64,000 nucleotides of DNA from Candidatus Methanomethylicia archaeon (lineage in GTDB: Archaea; Thermoproteota; Methanomethylicia; Culexarchaeales; Culexarchaeaceae). Below the pieces are notes generated by a model. That model did not search any database and was not told the origin of the DNA. It was given only the letters and a program-made list of their open reading frames with translations. The stretch covers positions 48,609 through 112,608 of the forward strand of contig JAVYVS010000005.1 of the NCBI GenBank assembly GCA_038727515.1. The letters run 5' to 3'. Shown piece after piece: positions 1-10,142 of this stretch (positions are counted from its first letter, which is position 1; every line of letters begins with the position of its first letter). The position numbers and the translations under genes were made by a program.

Positions 1-60
1 GTAATAGAGATAAATTGTGTGGTAAATTGTTGTATAAAGGGGTTAAGTTATTAGGTAAAG

Positions 61-408
61 TTGGTGATCAAAGTGAAGTTAAGGAGGAATAGATATATTA
101 TTTTTACGGTTTTTTGTAGAGATAATGTTAATATTAGTTTTCGTGAAATTTTAAATTCAATTTTTAACTCAATATTGTCACTATTTGGGGAAGTTGGTGC
201 AAGTAAAATTAGCTTTAGTTTGATGAGATATTACCCTGAAAAAAGGCTTGGGATTTTACGTTGTGATCATTTAAATTTAATTAAGATGAGGAGTGCATTA
301 GCTTTTATCAAAGATATTGAGGGGAATAATGTAACCTTTAGGGTTATTAAAGTTACTGGTACCTTCAGGAAAGCTGAGAAAATCCTTAATAGTTTGTCTA
401 TTACTTAA
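61..408 (+). CDS. rnp2: RNase P protein component Pop5/Rpp14
   Basis: RRNRYIIF, GILRCDH and VTGT motifs of Pop5; canonical position upstream of psmA. Confidence 0.88.
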   Translation: MVIKVKLRRNRYIIFTVFCRDNVNISFREILNSIFNSILSLFGEVGASKISFSLMRYYPEKRLGILRCDHLNLIKMRSALAFIKDIEGNNVTFRVIKVTGTFRKAEKILNSLSIT

Positions 409-413
409 ATTTA

Positions 414-480
414 TGGGGGATGAAGAAGCCGTCCCAGATGTTTGATGAATGGATGACATTCTCGCGACGAACAGACCCCA
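414..480 (+). ncRNA. Box C/D guide sRNA, probably targeting 23S rRNA
   Basis: GC-rich intergenic island. Terminal stem TGGGG/CCCCA, box C ATGAAGA (420-426), D' TTGA (442-445), C' TGGATGA (450-456), box D CAGA (472-475). Guides are complementary to conserved 23S segments recalled as CUGGGGCGGC and CGUCGCGAGA. Confidence 0.75.
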
Positions 481-549
481 CTCTCATAGATAGAGTAAAG
501 TTTATTGCTTAATTAAACATTAAACTAATAAAGTTAAGGTGATTAGAAA

Positions 550-1263
550 GTGTTTACACCACCTGGTATGGGTTATGATAGGGCTATAACCGTATTCTCT
601 CCTGATGGTAGATTATTTCAAGTTGAATATGCAATGGAAGCTGTCAGAAGAGGATTTACTGCTCTTGGAATTAAATGTGTTGAAGGCGTGGTTCTAGCTG
701 CTGAAAGGAGGAAAATCTTACCATTAATAGATTACTCATCTCTAGAAAAAATATTCAAGATAGATGAACATATTGGTATAACTTATGCAGGTTTTCCTTT
801 CGATGCTAGAATATTAATAGATTATGCACGTCAGGAAGCACAAATAAATAGGATTCTATATGATGAACCTATTGATGTTGAAGTTTTAACGAAGAGGATT
901 AGTGATGTTATGCAGATCTATACTCAACGTGGAGGTGTAAGGCCATTTGGTGTAGCGTTTTTAGTGGCTGGAGTAGATGATAATGGTCCAAGACTTTTAA
1001 TGACTGAACCAAGTGGCGCATATGCATCATATTTCGCTAGAGTTATTGGAGCTGGCAGTCAACAGGTTACTGAATTTCTTGAGAAGAATTATAAATTTGA
1101 AATTTCTCTTAACGACGCTATAAGGATAGCTATTAATGCGTTAAAACCTGTGATTGAAGGACCTATGGAACCTGATAAATTAGAGCTTGGTGTTGTCTCA
1201 GTTAAAGATAGAATTTTCAGAAAATTATCTAGAAATGAGATAGCTTCGTTATTAGGCGTATAA
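550..1263 (+). CDS. psmA: Proteasome subunit alpha
   Basis: GYDRAITVFSPDGRLFQVEYA signature. Confidence 0.98.
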   Translation: MFTPPGMGYDRAITVFSPDGRLFQVEYAMEAVRRGFTALGIKCVEGVVLAAERRKILPLIDYSSLEKIFKIDEHIGITYAGFPFDARILIDYARQEAQINRILYDEPIDVEVLTKRISDVMQIYTQRGGVRPFGVAFLVAGVDDNGPRLLMTEPSGAYASYFARVIGAGSQQVTEFLEKNYKFEISLNDAIRIAINALKPVIEGPMEPDKLELGVVSVKDRIFRKLSRNEIASLLGV

Positions 1264-1370
1264 AGCGTTCTTCATTTCATAAAGATAAAAATATAATATT
1301 ATTTTGACATAAAATTAGTATAAGTGCAATATTTATGGGCGAGGGTCCTCCTATAAATAGGGTGTATTAA

Positions 1371-2066
1371 ATGGGTTCGAAGAAAGATTTCATTATTGCA
1401 AGGTATCTATATAAAGGTGAAAAATTTGAAATTCTCGTGGATCCAAAATCTGCATGGATGTTTAAACAAGGTGAACCTATCAGTCTAGACTCTGTTTTAG
1501 TGGGCGATATCATATATAAGGATGCAAACAAGGGACTGAAAGCTTCTGAAGAAGTTTTAAAGAAAGTTTTTGGAACTACAGATATTAGTAAAATTGCTCC
1601 GATTATTTTGAAGAAAGGTGAATTGCAATTAACTGCTGAACAGAGGAAAGAAATGATAGAGAATAAGAAGAAACAAATTGTAAACTTTATATCTAAGTGT
1701 TGTGTAGATCCTCGTACAAATCTTCCTCATCCCCCTAAACGTATAGAATTAGCTTTAGAGGAATTGGGCGCATCAATAGATCCATTTAAAGATGCTGAAG
1801 AACAGGCAGTAAACATTATAAAAAGTTTAAAAAGCATTTTGCCATTGAAGGTTGCTAATGTCACCTTAATGGTTAAAGTAGGACCTGAATATGCTGGTAA
1901 AGTATATGGGGTAATTTCAAGTTTTGGGGTTATAAAACGTTCTGAATGGTTGAATGATGGTTCTCTATTATGTGAATTGGAAATGCCAGCTGGGCTTCAA
2001 TTATCTTTTATGGATAAAATTAATAAGCTATGTAAGGGGAACGTTGAAGTAAATATTCTACATTAA
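1371..2066 (+). CDS. sdo1: Ribosome maturation protein SBDS/Sdo1
   Basis: [10 protein letters not shown] and [14 protein letters not shown] motifs; synteny. Confidence 0.96.
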   Translation: MGSKKDFIIARYLYKGEKFEILVDPKSAWMFKQGEPISLDSVLVGDIIYKDANKGLKASEEVLKKVFGTTDISKIAPIILKKGELQLTAEQRKEMIENKKKQIVNFISKCCVDPRTNLPHPPKRIELALEELGASIDPFKDAEEQAVNIIKSLKSILPLKVANVTLMVKVGPEYAGKVYGVISSFGVIKRSEWLNDGSLLCELEMPAGLQLSFMDKINKLCKGNVEVNILH

Positions 2067-2081
2067 TGGAGGGAAGTAAGT

Positions 2082-2774
2082 ATGTCTGTTAAAACTCGAA
2101 AATTTGTTTTTCCTGGGGATGTAATTGCTGAAGGCAATTTAAAAGCTGGTGCTCATACTTATTATGAAGAGGGTAAAATTTTCTCTTCAGTATTTGGTTT
2201 ATGTGAAATTAGAAATAAAGTGGTAAATGTAATTCCATTACATGGATTCTATGTTCCCAGAGTTGGAGATGTTGTTATTGGGATAATTGTAGACAATTCA
2301 CCTACAAGTTGGCAAGTTGATATAAATTCACCTTACATGGCTATATTACAAGTTTCTGATGCATTATCAAAACCAGTGGATGTAGCTAGGGAGGATATTA
2401 GGAAATACCTTAAGATTGGGGATATCTTAATGGCTGAAGTTATTGCCTTTGATAAACTTAGAAATCCATTAATTTCTATTAAGGGGAATGAGTTAGGTAA
2501 ACTAGAACGTGGTTCCCTTATAACATTTTCACCAGTTAAAGTTCCGCGATTAATTGGTAGAAGAGGTTCTATGATAAATATGATTAAAAAGGAGCTTAAT
2601 TGTAAAATCATGATAGGTAGAAATGGTAGAATTTGGGTTTCATCTGTAGATCCAAAAGTAGTAAACCTAGTGAAAAAAGTGATTTTCCTCGTTGAGGAGG
2701 AATCTCATTTACCTGGACTTACGGATAAAGTTAGATCATTAATATTGGAAGAGCGTGAAAAGATTGGTGAATAA
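2082..2774 (+). CDS. rrp4: Exosome RNA-binding subunit Rrp4
   Basis: S1 domain (YVPRVGDVVIG) plus KH domain (VPRLIGRRGSM, GRNGRIW). Confidence 0.95.
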   Translation: MSVKTRKFVFPGDVIAEGNLKAGAHTYYEEGKIFSSVFGLCEIRNKVVNVIPLHGFYVPRVGDVVIGIIVDNSPTSWQVDINSPYMAILQVSDALSKPVDVAREDIRKYLKIGDILMAEVIAFDKLRNPLISIKGNELGKLERGSLITFSPVKVPRLIGRRGSMINMIKKELNCKIMIGRNGRIWVSSVDPKVVNLVKKVIFLVEEESHLPGLTDKVRSLILEEREKIGE

Positions 2775-2830
2775 CCATTTAACTTATATTTTTGGGATGT
2801 CAATTTTTTCTAGTCATTTTGTTTGGGGGG

Positions 2831-3577
2831 TTGTATACGACTGAAAGGAAGCTTATTAATGAGAATGGATTAAGACTGGATGGTAGGAGATGGAATGAAC
2901 TTAGACCATTGAAAATCGAAGTTGGTATACTTTCAAATGTAGATGGTTCTGCACGTATAATTCAAGGTAGAACACATATTCTTGTTGGCGTATATGGTCC
3001 AAGAGAAAGTTTTGCTAAACATATAAACTTGCCTGATAGAGCTATGATTAGATGTAGATATCGTATGGCACCTTTTTCTGTTGAAGAACGTAAATCTCCA
3101 GCTCCATCAAGACGTGAGATAGAGTTATCTAAAGTTATTAGGGAAGCTTTAGAACCTGCAATTATTGTTGATGAATTTCCAAGGACAACTATAGATATCT
3201 TTATTGAAGTGTTAGAAGCTGATGGTGGTACTAGATGTGCAAGTATAACAGCTGCTTCCGTCGCTCTTGCTGATGCTGGGATTCCAATGAGAGATCTTGT
3301 TGCAGCGTGTGCTGTTGGTAAAGTTAATGGTCAAATGGTTATTGATTTATCTGATTTAGAAGATAAGTATGGAGAGGCTGATGTTCCTGTAGCGTGTATG
3401 CCAAACAAAAATATGATTACATTACTTCAAATGGATGGTGTATTAAGTGTTGATGAATTTACTAGTTTAATAAAGCTTGCTATGGAAAGCTGTAAACGTA
3501 TAAATGAAGTTCAAAGAAACGCTTTAAAAAATGGGGTTTGGGAGGCTAAAGGAATTATATTGGAGGGATCGCTATGA
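2831..3577 (+). CDS. rrp41: Exosome catalytic subunit Rrp41
   Basis: [15 protein letters not shown] and ADGGTR motifs; start moved from 2792 to TTG 2831 (uncertain). Confidence 0.96.
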   Translation: MYTTERKLINENGLRLDGRRWNELRPLKIEVGILSNVDGSARIIQGRTHILVGVYGPRESFAKHINLPDRAMIRCRYRMAPFSVEERKSPAPSRREIELSKVIREALEPAIIVDEFPRTTIDIFIEVLEADGGTRCASITAASVALADAGIPMRDLVAACAVGKVNGQMVIDLSDLEDKYGEADVPVACMPNKNMITLLQMDGVLSVDEFTSLIKLAMESCKRINEVQRNALKNGVWEAKGIILEGSL

Positions 3578-4401
3578 CTACTCTATCAATTCCCATAAAT
3601 AGGGATCTAGTATTAGCTTCACTTTCCAAAGGTGTTAGGACTGATAATCGAGGACTATTTGATTATAGACCTATAAAATTTGAGTTTAATGTTATAAGTA
3701 AAGCTAATGGTTCTGCAAGTGTTAGAATAGGTGATACATATGTTTTAGTAGGCGTCAAAGCTGAAATAGGAAAACCTTTTCCAGATACACCAAATGAAGG
3801 CGTTTTAATAGTTAACTCTGAATTTGTACCTTTAGCTTCACCTCAGTTTGAAGCAGGACCTCCAGATGAGAATTCAATAGAATTAGCCAGAGTTATAGAT
3901 AGAGGTTTAAGACATGGTAATGCTATTGATCTAAAAGATTTATGTATTATTCCCAATGAGAAAGTCTGGATATTATGGGTGGATATATACATTCTCGATC
4001 ACGGTGGAGATCTTTTTGATGCCACATCTTTAGCTTCTCTTGCAGCATTAATGACTACACAGATACCGGTAACTGTGGTTGAGGGTACACAAGTATCTTT
4101 ACATGAAGAAAAAAGACCTCTCAAAATAAATGATTACCCCATATCGGTAACTGTAAATAAGATTGGCCAATACTTATTTTTAGATCCAACTCTAGAGGAA
4201 TTAAATTTTGTTGAAACGAGAATAACCATTTTTACAAATTCTAAAAAGGAAATATGTGCGATTCAAAAGGGGCTTCCAGGGGCTCTAAGTTTTGATGAAA
4301 TTTCTAAAGCTGTAGAAATTGCAAAATCTAAGGGGGAAGAGTTAAGATTAACTTTATTAGACTCATTTAATAATTGGAAAAAGAGTATGGGAGGCATCTA
4401 A
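3574..4401 (+). CDS. rrp42: Exosome subunit Rrp42
   Basis: PFPDTPNEG and [22 protein letters not shown] motifs. Confidence 0.96.
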   Translation: MTTLSIPINRDLVLASLSKGVRTDNRGLFDYRPIKFEFNVISKANGSASVRIGDTYVLVGVKAEIGKPFPDTPNEGVLIVNSEFVPLASPQFEAGPPDENSIELARVIDRGLRHGNAIDLKDLCIIPNEKVWILWVDIYILDHGGDLFDATSLASLAALMTTQIPVTVVEGTQVSLHEEKRPLKINDYPISVTVNKIGQYLFLDPTLEELNFVETRITIFTNSKKEICAIQKGLPGALSFDEISKAVEIAKSKGEELRLTLLDSFNNWKKSMGGI

Positions 4402-4402
4402 A

Positions 4403-4636
4403 TTGAGCCCAAAAAGTAAAGTTGGCCCAACTGGAAGATTTGGTGCACGTTATGGTTCTACCATTAGAGCTAGAGTTAGAAACATTGAAGTATTAATGCA
4501 TAGTAAACATAAATGTCCTAAATGTTATTCTGCTGGAAAGCTTAAAAGATTAAGTGTTGGAATATGGACCTGCAAAAAATGTGGTTATACCTTTGCTGGA
4601 GGCGCTTATTTACCTTCTTCCATTATGTTGAAATGA
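4403..4636 (+). CDS. rpl37ae: 50S ribosomal protein L37Ae (eL43)
   Basis: GRFGARYG, CPKC...GIWTCKKC, FAGGAY. Confidence 0.96.
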   Translation: MSPKSKVGPTGRFGARYGSTIRARVRNIEVLMHSKHKCPKCYSAGKLKRLSVGIWTCKKCGYTFAGGAYLPSSIMLK

Positions 4637-4640
4637 AAAT

Positions 4641-5186
4641 ATGAAAAGCACTTATATACGCTTCCTGATAACAATGTCTAGACGTAATAGCCCACGTACC
4701 AGAAGTTTTTGTAAAGACCTTTCATTTGCATTACCACATTCAATTAAGATTAATAGGGGGAAAATGTCTCTTAATGATTTACATCTAATATCTCTTCAAA
4801 ATAAGTGTGATAGAGTTTTAATAGTCAGTACTGCAAAGGGTAATCCAAGGAGTATAACATTTTATTATGTAGATGAGAAGGAACTTATTCAAATTAATCC
4901 ACGACTCTACATTGTTGGTGTAAAACTTATGTTTGAAACGTTAAATGTTAAAAGAATTAAACCAAGTGACATTGTTATATGTTCTTCTGAAGAGCTTCTT
5001 CAACCAGCAATTATATTATCTAAACTCTTAAACTGTAGAGTAGTTTCCGATGCTGATGTTAAATTTCTTTCAAATACAATTTCGATCGTTAGTTTAAGTA
5101 GCGTTGAAGATGGATACTATAATATTTCCTTCACAAATTCACTTGGAGATATTATTGGTCCTACTATGAGAGTTAAGTTTATTTAA
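4641..5186 (+). CDS. Brix/Imp4-domain ribosome biogenesis protein
   Basis: ITMSRRNSPRTRSF, INRGKMSL and KGNP motifs; synteny. Confidence 0.85.
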   Translation: MKSTYIRFLITMSRRNSPRTRSFCKDLSFALPHSIKINRGKMSLNDLHLISLQNKCDRVLIVSTAKGNPRSITFYYVDEKELIQINPRLYIVGVKLMFETLNVKRIKPSDIVICSSEELLQPAIILSKLLNCRVVSDADVKFLSNTISIVSLSSVEDGYYNISFTNSLGDIIGPTMRVKFI

Positions 5187-5231
5187 ATACTCCATTTAAC
5201 TTAATTTTATATATCATGATAACGTCTAGGG

Positions 5232-5489
5232 TTGTTGCTGATGATGTTTGAAGTTGAAATAAATTTAGACCTTAAAGATGATCTTTTTTCAAAAATAGTT
5301 TTTGAGGCGCTACTTCCAGAAGTTTTAAATCCTCCATCAAGTAGGGTTAAGGTTTTTATGAATCATTCTCCACCGAAAATTTCATTATTCTTCTCTTCCG
5401 ATAATCCCTCTTTATTAAGAGCAGCATTAAATTCCTTTCTTAGATTAATCATTTTGTTGGAAGAGATTATTAAAAGTCTTAGAATGTAA
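5232..5489 (+). CDS. pcc1: KEOPS complex subunit Pcc1
   Basis: ALLPE and LRAALNSFLR motifs; lies between brix and pfdB. Confidence 0.88.
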   Translation: MLLMMFEVEINLDLKDDLFSKIVFEALLPEVLNPPSSRVKVFMNHSPPKISLFFSSDNPSLLRAALNSFLRLIILLEEIIKSLRM

Positions 5490-5545
5490 AGTTTAATCGC
5501 AAATATTTTATTTTACCTTTTGATTGTTTATATGGGGTTGATAGC

Positions 5546-5908
5546 TTGGAGAGTAAATTTCCTCCTGAGATTGAAGAAAGAGTCGCGAAATTACAAGATA
5601 TTCAAGATCAACTAAGGTTAATTTTAATTAGGAAACAGCAATTACAACTTCAATTAGTAGAGTCTCAAAGCGCATTAGAAGAAGTAGAAAAACTTTCAGA
5701 TGATTGTGAAATATACAAAACTGCTGGGTACGTCATGTTTAAATCGTCTAAAAGTAAAATTTTGGAGGAATTAAGGGATAAGAGAGATACGTTAGAATTA
5801 AGGATAAAGACTTTGGAGAAACAAGAAGGGTTATTACGTAAACAATTTGAAGATTTAAGAAGAGAAGTTAATAGACTTTTATCTACAGTTTCACAAAGTA
5901 ATGTATGA
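5546..5908 (+). CDS. pfdB: Prefoldin beta subunit
   Basis: Coiled coil with IYKTAG hairpin and LELRIKTLEKQE. Confidence 0.93.
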   Translation: MESKFPPEIEERVAKLQDIQDQLRLILIRKQQLQLQLVESQSALEEVEKLSDDCEIYKTAGYVMFKSSKSKILEELRDKRDTLELRIKTLEKQEGLLRKQFEDLRREVNRLLSTVSQSNV

Positions 5909-6069
5909 TTACATGATATTTCATTAAACTTTATAACTAGGGTTAAAGATTTTCCATTATTAAAATTCAATTGATTTATTTAGAAGGGGGAATCTAATAA
6001 AAGGATGTGTAACAGCTTACCTTTACTTGTTTCAAAATTTCTAGGTAAGAATTATTTTAAAGTGTTTAT

Positions 6070-7083
6070 ATGAAGTTAATTGAAGTGGGTCCTAGTATGG
6101 GTGTGAATGATTTAGTAGGAGTTTTTAATAGGTTATCTCCAAGAAAGGTAGCTTTAACCTGCCATCATAATGCTGATCCTGACTCATTTGGTAGTGCATA
6201 TGCCATTAGAGAATTCCTAAATAAACTATATGAGGATTTAAATGTTTTTATAGTAGTTCCTGAAGGGTTAAGTTCAGTATCAAAAAGGCTTTTCAGTATT
6301 CTTGGTGATGTAAATATTCTAGAAAATGTTGAAGTTGATGAAATTGACTTATTTATAATGGTAGACTCCATTTCCTTTATACAATTAGGTTCAATTGGGA
6401 CTGTTGTGAAGGACTCAAATATTCCATTGATAGTTATAGATCATCATGAACCTACTGAAGAAACTGTTCATAGAGCTACATACATACTGTCTGATACTGG
6501 AGCTTCATCTACCGCTGAGATTGTTACGGATATGTATAGGGAATTTAATTTAGACATCAGTAAAAAGAGTTCTCTAGCTTTGCTTACAGCTTTAATTTAT
6601 GATTCTAAGCGTTTTTCTTTTGCTTCATATAAAACTTTTGAAGCTGCTTCATTTCTCCTTCGTCATGGAGGTGATTATAGTTTAGCCTTATCTATACTTT
6701 CAGAACCTATGGATATTTCTGAGAAGATTGCTAGGTTGAAGGGTGCACAAAGATTAAAGTTTTTTAGAATCAATAAATGGTTAATATCCTTTTCAAATGT
6801 AAGTTCCTTTGAAGCTTCCGTGGCTAGAGCATTAATAGAACTTGGTAGTGATTTAAGTATAGTTATTGGTGGAGATGATGAAATACGTGTAAGTGCAAGA
6901 TCCACTGAAGCCTTCTATAAAGAGACTAATTTCCATCTAGGTAGAGACCTTATGATACCACTTGGAGCTTTTATTGGAGGTTCTGGTGGAGGTCATTCTT
7001 TGGCTGCTGGTGCTAATGGCTATAAGAATAGGGATATGATACAAGATTTTTGTATGAATTTAATTTTGAGTAAAATAAGCTAA
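6070..7083 (+). CDS. DHH/DHHA1 phosphoesterase (NrnA-like)
   Basis: HHNADPD, IDHH, GGSGGGH...AAGA. Confidence 0.9.
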   Translation: MKLIEVGPSMGVNDLVGVFNRLSPRKVALTCHHNADPDSFGSAYAIREFLNKLYEDLNVFIVVPEGLSSVSKRLFSILGDVNILENVEVDEIDLFIMVDSISFIQLGSIGTVVKDSNIPLIVIDHHEPTEETVHRATYILSDTGASSTAEIVTDMYREFNLDISKKSSLALLTALIYDSKRFSFASYKTFEAASFLLRHGGDYSLALSILSEPMDISEKIARLKGAQRLKFFRINKWLISFSNVSSFEASVARALIELGSDLSIVIGGDDEIRVSARSTEAFYKETNFHLGRDLMIPLGAFIGGSGGGHSLAAGANGYKNRDMIQDFCMNLILSKIS

Positions 7084-7151
7084 TTTTATTATTAAGATCA
7101 TTATAGTTTCCTTATGTATCAATAGTAAAATAGTTGGCTGGGGGTTTATGA

Positions 7152-8006
7152 GTGGGGATAATTGAAGTTCATGGATTATCATATAGATATCCAAACACTT
7201 CAAATTACGTCCTAAATGATATTTCACTCAATATAAATGAAGGTGAATTCGTAGTTATAACTGGACCTAGTGGTTGTGGTAAAACTACGCTATGTAGATG
7301 TTTTAATGGTTTAATACCACATTTCTATGGTGGTGAATTTATTGGAGAAGTTATTGTTGATGGATTGTCTGTTAGAAATACGCCAACGAATATTCTATCT
7401 CAAAGGGTTGGAATGGTTTTTCAAGATCCAGAATCTCAGCTTTTTTCATTGAGTGTTGAGAGGGAGATAGCGTTTGGACTTGAGAATCTTAGTGTAAGTA
7501 GAGATGAGATGATACATAGGATTAATGAAATTTTGGATTTAATGGGGATTAAACATTTACGTCATCGAGCTCCTTATGAACTTTCTGGTGGTGAGCAGCA
7601 AAAAGTTGCTTTAGCCGCATGTTTAGTTATGAAACCCAAAGTATTAGTTTTAGATGAACCTACATCACATTTAGATCCTGTAAGTGCTTTATCATTGATT
7701 AATCTTTTAAATGATCTTAAAAATAAATTGAAATTAACTGTTATCATAGTTGAGCATAGATTGGAAGCCCTAGCTCCCATAAGTGACAGATTTATCATTA
7801 TGGATAATGGTAAAATAGTTTTTGATGGAGATGTTAGAAAAATTTTCTCATTTTCAAATGCTAACATTATTAAAAGTATCGGTATAGGTATACCAAAAGT
7901 AATCAGTTTATACTATGAACTTATGGAAAATGGATTGGTAATACGGGATGTTCCTCTAACTCCATCTATGTTAAGAGAATATCTTATGGAGGTGTTCAAA
8001 GGATGA
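7152..8006 (+). CDS. ecfA1: ECF transporter ATPase A
   Basis: GPSGCGKT, VFQDPESQ, LSGGEQQ, LDEP. Confidence 0.9.
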   Translation: MGIIEVHGLSYRYPNTSNYVLNDISLNINEGEFVVITGPSGCGKTTLCRCFNGLIPHFYGGEFIGEVIVDGLSVRNTPTNILSQRVGMVFQDPESQLFSLSVEREIAFGLENLSVSRDEMIHRINEILDLMGIKHLRHRAPYELSGGEQQKVALAACLVMKPKVLVLDEPTSHLDPVSALSLINLLNDLKNKLKLTVIIVEHRLEALAPISDRFIIMDNGKIVFDGDVRKIFSFSNANIIKSIGIGIPKVISLYYELMENGLVIRDVPLTPSMLREYLMEVFKG

Positions 8007-8815
8007 TTGAAGTAAATGATTTATGGTTTGATTATGATGGGCATCCAGTGTTAAAGGGGGTTTCATTTGAAATAAGTTCTGGAGAAATTGTTGCTATAAT
8101 GGGTGAAAATGGCGCTGGTAAAACGACTCTTATTAAGCATTTTAATGGTTTATTAAAGCCCAAACGTGGGTATGTGAAGATTTTTGGTGTAGATACTAGA
8201 GAAGTGACTGTGGCTCAACTTTCTCGAAAGGTTGGGCTAATTTTTCAAAATCCAGATCATCAACTTTTCGCAGAGACAGTTAAAGATGAGGTGTCTTTTG
8301 CTTTAAAAAATTTTGGTTTTCCTAAAGATGTTATTGAAGTTAGAGTTGAGAAAATACTTAAAATGTTGGATTTATATGATTTAAAGGATCGTTCTCCCTT
8401 TACTTTGAGTGGTGGTGAACGTAGAAGAGTTACCATAGCATCAGTTTTATGTTATGATCCTGACATTATTGTTTTTGATGAACCTACAGTTGGTCAGGAT
8501 TATAGGAATAAAGAGAGATTGGCTAGGTTAATTAAGTTGCTACATACACAATCTAAAACCATTGTCGTTGTTACTCATGATATAGAATTTGTAGCTGAAA
8601 ATATTCCCAGAGTTATACTTTTATCTTCAGGTAGAGTTATTGCTGATGGTAGTACACGTAGAATTCTCACAGATGAAAATTTAATTATGAAAGCTAACTT
8701 AGTATTACCTCAAATAACTCAAATTGCTTATTTTCTAAAGGATTTCGGTATTCCTAAAGATCTTTTATGGATCTCTGAAATTAGAGATTCTATAATCAAA
8801 GTTTTTCGTAGGTGA
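8003..8815 (+). CDS. ecfA2: ECF transporter ATPase A'
   Basis: GENGAGKT, FQNPDHQ, SPFTLSGGE, DEPTVGQD. Confidence 0.9.
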   Translation: MIEVNDLWFDYDGHPVLKGVSFEISSGEIVAIMGENGAGKTTLIKHFNGLLKPKRGYVKIFGVDTREVTVAQLSRKVGLIFQNPDHQLFAETVKDEVSFALKNFGFPKDVIEVRVEKILKMLDLYDLKDRSPFTLSGGERRRVTIASVLCYDPDIIVFDEPTVGQDYRNKERLARLIKLLHTQSKTIVVVTHDIEFVAENIPRVILLSSGRVIADGSTRRILTDENLIMKANLVLPQITQIAYFLKDFGIPKDLLWISEIRDSIIKVFRR

Positions 8816-9565
8816 GTGTTTATGTTGATTCTTAAAGCATTTGAATTTAAACGTGGCGATACCATTATACATAAGTTAGATCCACGTGTAAAGTTTATTT
8901 TCTCATTTTCTTGTTTACTATTGTCGTTCTTGTTTGGAAGCGTCATTATACTGTTTTGTATTCTCATAATGATACTTCCATTATTCTATATATCAAAATC
9001 CTTAGGTAACTATCTTAAAAGTTTAAGGGGTGCTTTATTCTTTATGATAATTATCTTTTTATTAAATTATTTTACCTCTGGTATAGATATGGCTATATTG
9101 ATCATTATACGATTAATTTTGATCATGTCTTCCTTTTCCATTTTCTTCTTAACAACCTATCCTGAAGATTTTGCACTTGCACTTGTGAGTATTGGTATTC
9201 CTTATGATTTTGCATTAACATTTATAATGGCTATGAGATTTGTTCCCACATTGGCTAGGGAAGCTCAATTAATAATTGATGCGCAAAGATCTAGAGGATT
9301 GGAGCTGGATAAAGGTGCTTTTATAACTAAGTTGAAAAATTATATTCCAATACTAGTTCCACTAATTGTAAGTTCATTAAGGCGTTCAATGAGCGTAGCT
9401 GAAGCCATGGAGTCAAGGGCTTTTGGTGCATCTCCTAAGAGGAGCAGTTTAATTGAACTTTCATTTAAGAGGCGGGATTATGTAGCTTTAACTCTTATAG
9501 TTTCATTTACAGTTTTAATGTTATTTTTAAAGTTTTACTTTCATATAGAAGACTACTTAAAATAA
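8816..9565 (+). CDS. ecfT: ECF transporter transmembrane component T
   Basis: HKLDPRVK, RFVP, AQRSRG, AMESRAF. Confidence 0.92.
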   Translation: MFMLILKAFEFKRGDTIIHKLDPRVKFIFSFSCLLLSFLFGSVIILFCILIMILPLFYISKSLGNYLKSLRGALFFMIIIFLLNYFTSGIDMAILIIIRLILIMSSFSIFFLTTYPEDFALALVSIGIPYDFALTFIMAMRFVPTLAREAQLIIDAQRSRGLELDKGAFITKLKNYIPILVPLIVSSLRRSMSVAEAMESRAFGASPKRSSLIELSFKRRDYVALTLIVSFTVLMLFLKFYFHIEDYLK

Positions 9566-9611
9566 CTTAACAACAAATAACAAATTAAATTTATATTAAA
9601 TTTATATTTAA

Positions 9612-10142
9612 TTATAGTTCACTACCTAATTTCACGCCTTCATCTATAGCTGCTAAATTTATTTCTATCATTCTTGTAACTCTATCTTTTACAGCTTTTT
9701 TTAAAGCTTCTATTGTTACTACCTTCGTTTTTGAAACTAGATATCCAAGCATCACCATGTTCGCCACAATTCTATTATATTTCTCTTCAGCTATTTTTGT
9801 TGCTCTTATTTTCAATGCTTTTTTCTCAAGCTCCTTTGGTATTTTAACTAAATCTTCATCTACAATTACTATCCCATCCTCTTTCAATATACCTATATTC
9901 ATATTAAATGCTTGTTGACTCATTGCAACTAGAATATCACATTTATCGATTATTGGGAAACCTATCTTTTCATTTGAAATCGTTACATCACTTATAGTTG
10001 ATGTCCCTCTTGCTTCAGCTCCATAACTACCCATTACTGCAGCATTTTTACCATCTATTACTGCAGCTGCTCCAAGTATTTCACCAGCTAATAATATTCC
10101 TTGTCCACCAAAACCACAAATTCTAATTTTCACTTTTTTCAC
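9612..10142 (-). CDS. 2-oxoacid:ferredoxin oxidoreductase gamma subunit
   Basis: GFGGQG, SYGAEARG, NMVMLG. Confidence 0.92.
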   Translation of the reverse strand: MKKVKIRICGFGGQGILLAGEILGAAAVIDGKNAAVMGSYGAEARGTSTISDVTISNEKIGFPIIDKCDILVAMSQQAFNMNIGILKEDGIVIVDEDLVKIPKELEKKALKIRATKIAEEKYNRIVANMVMLGYLVSKTKVVTIEALKKAVKDRVTRMIEINLAAIDEGVKLGSEL

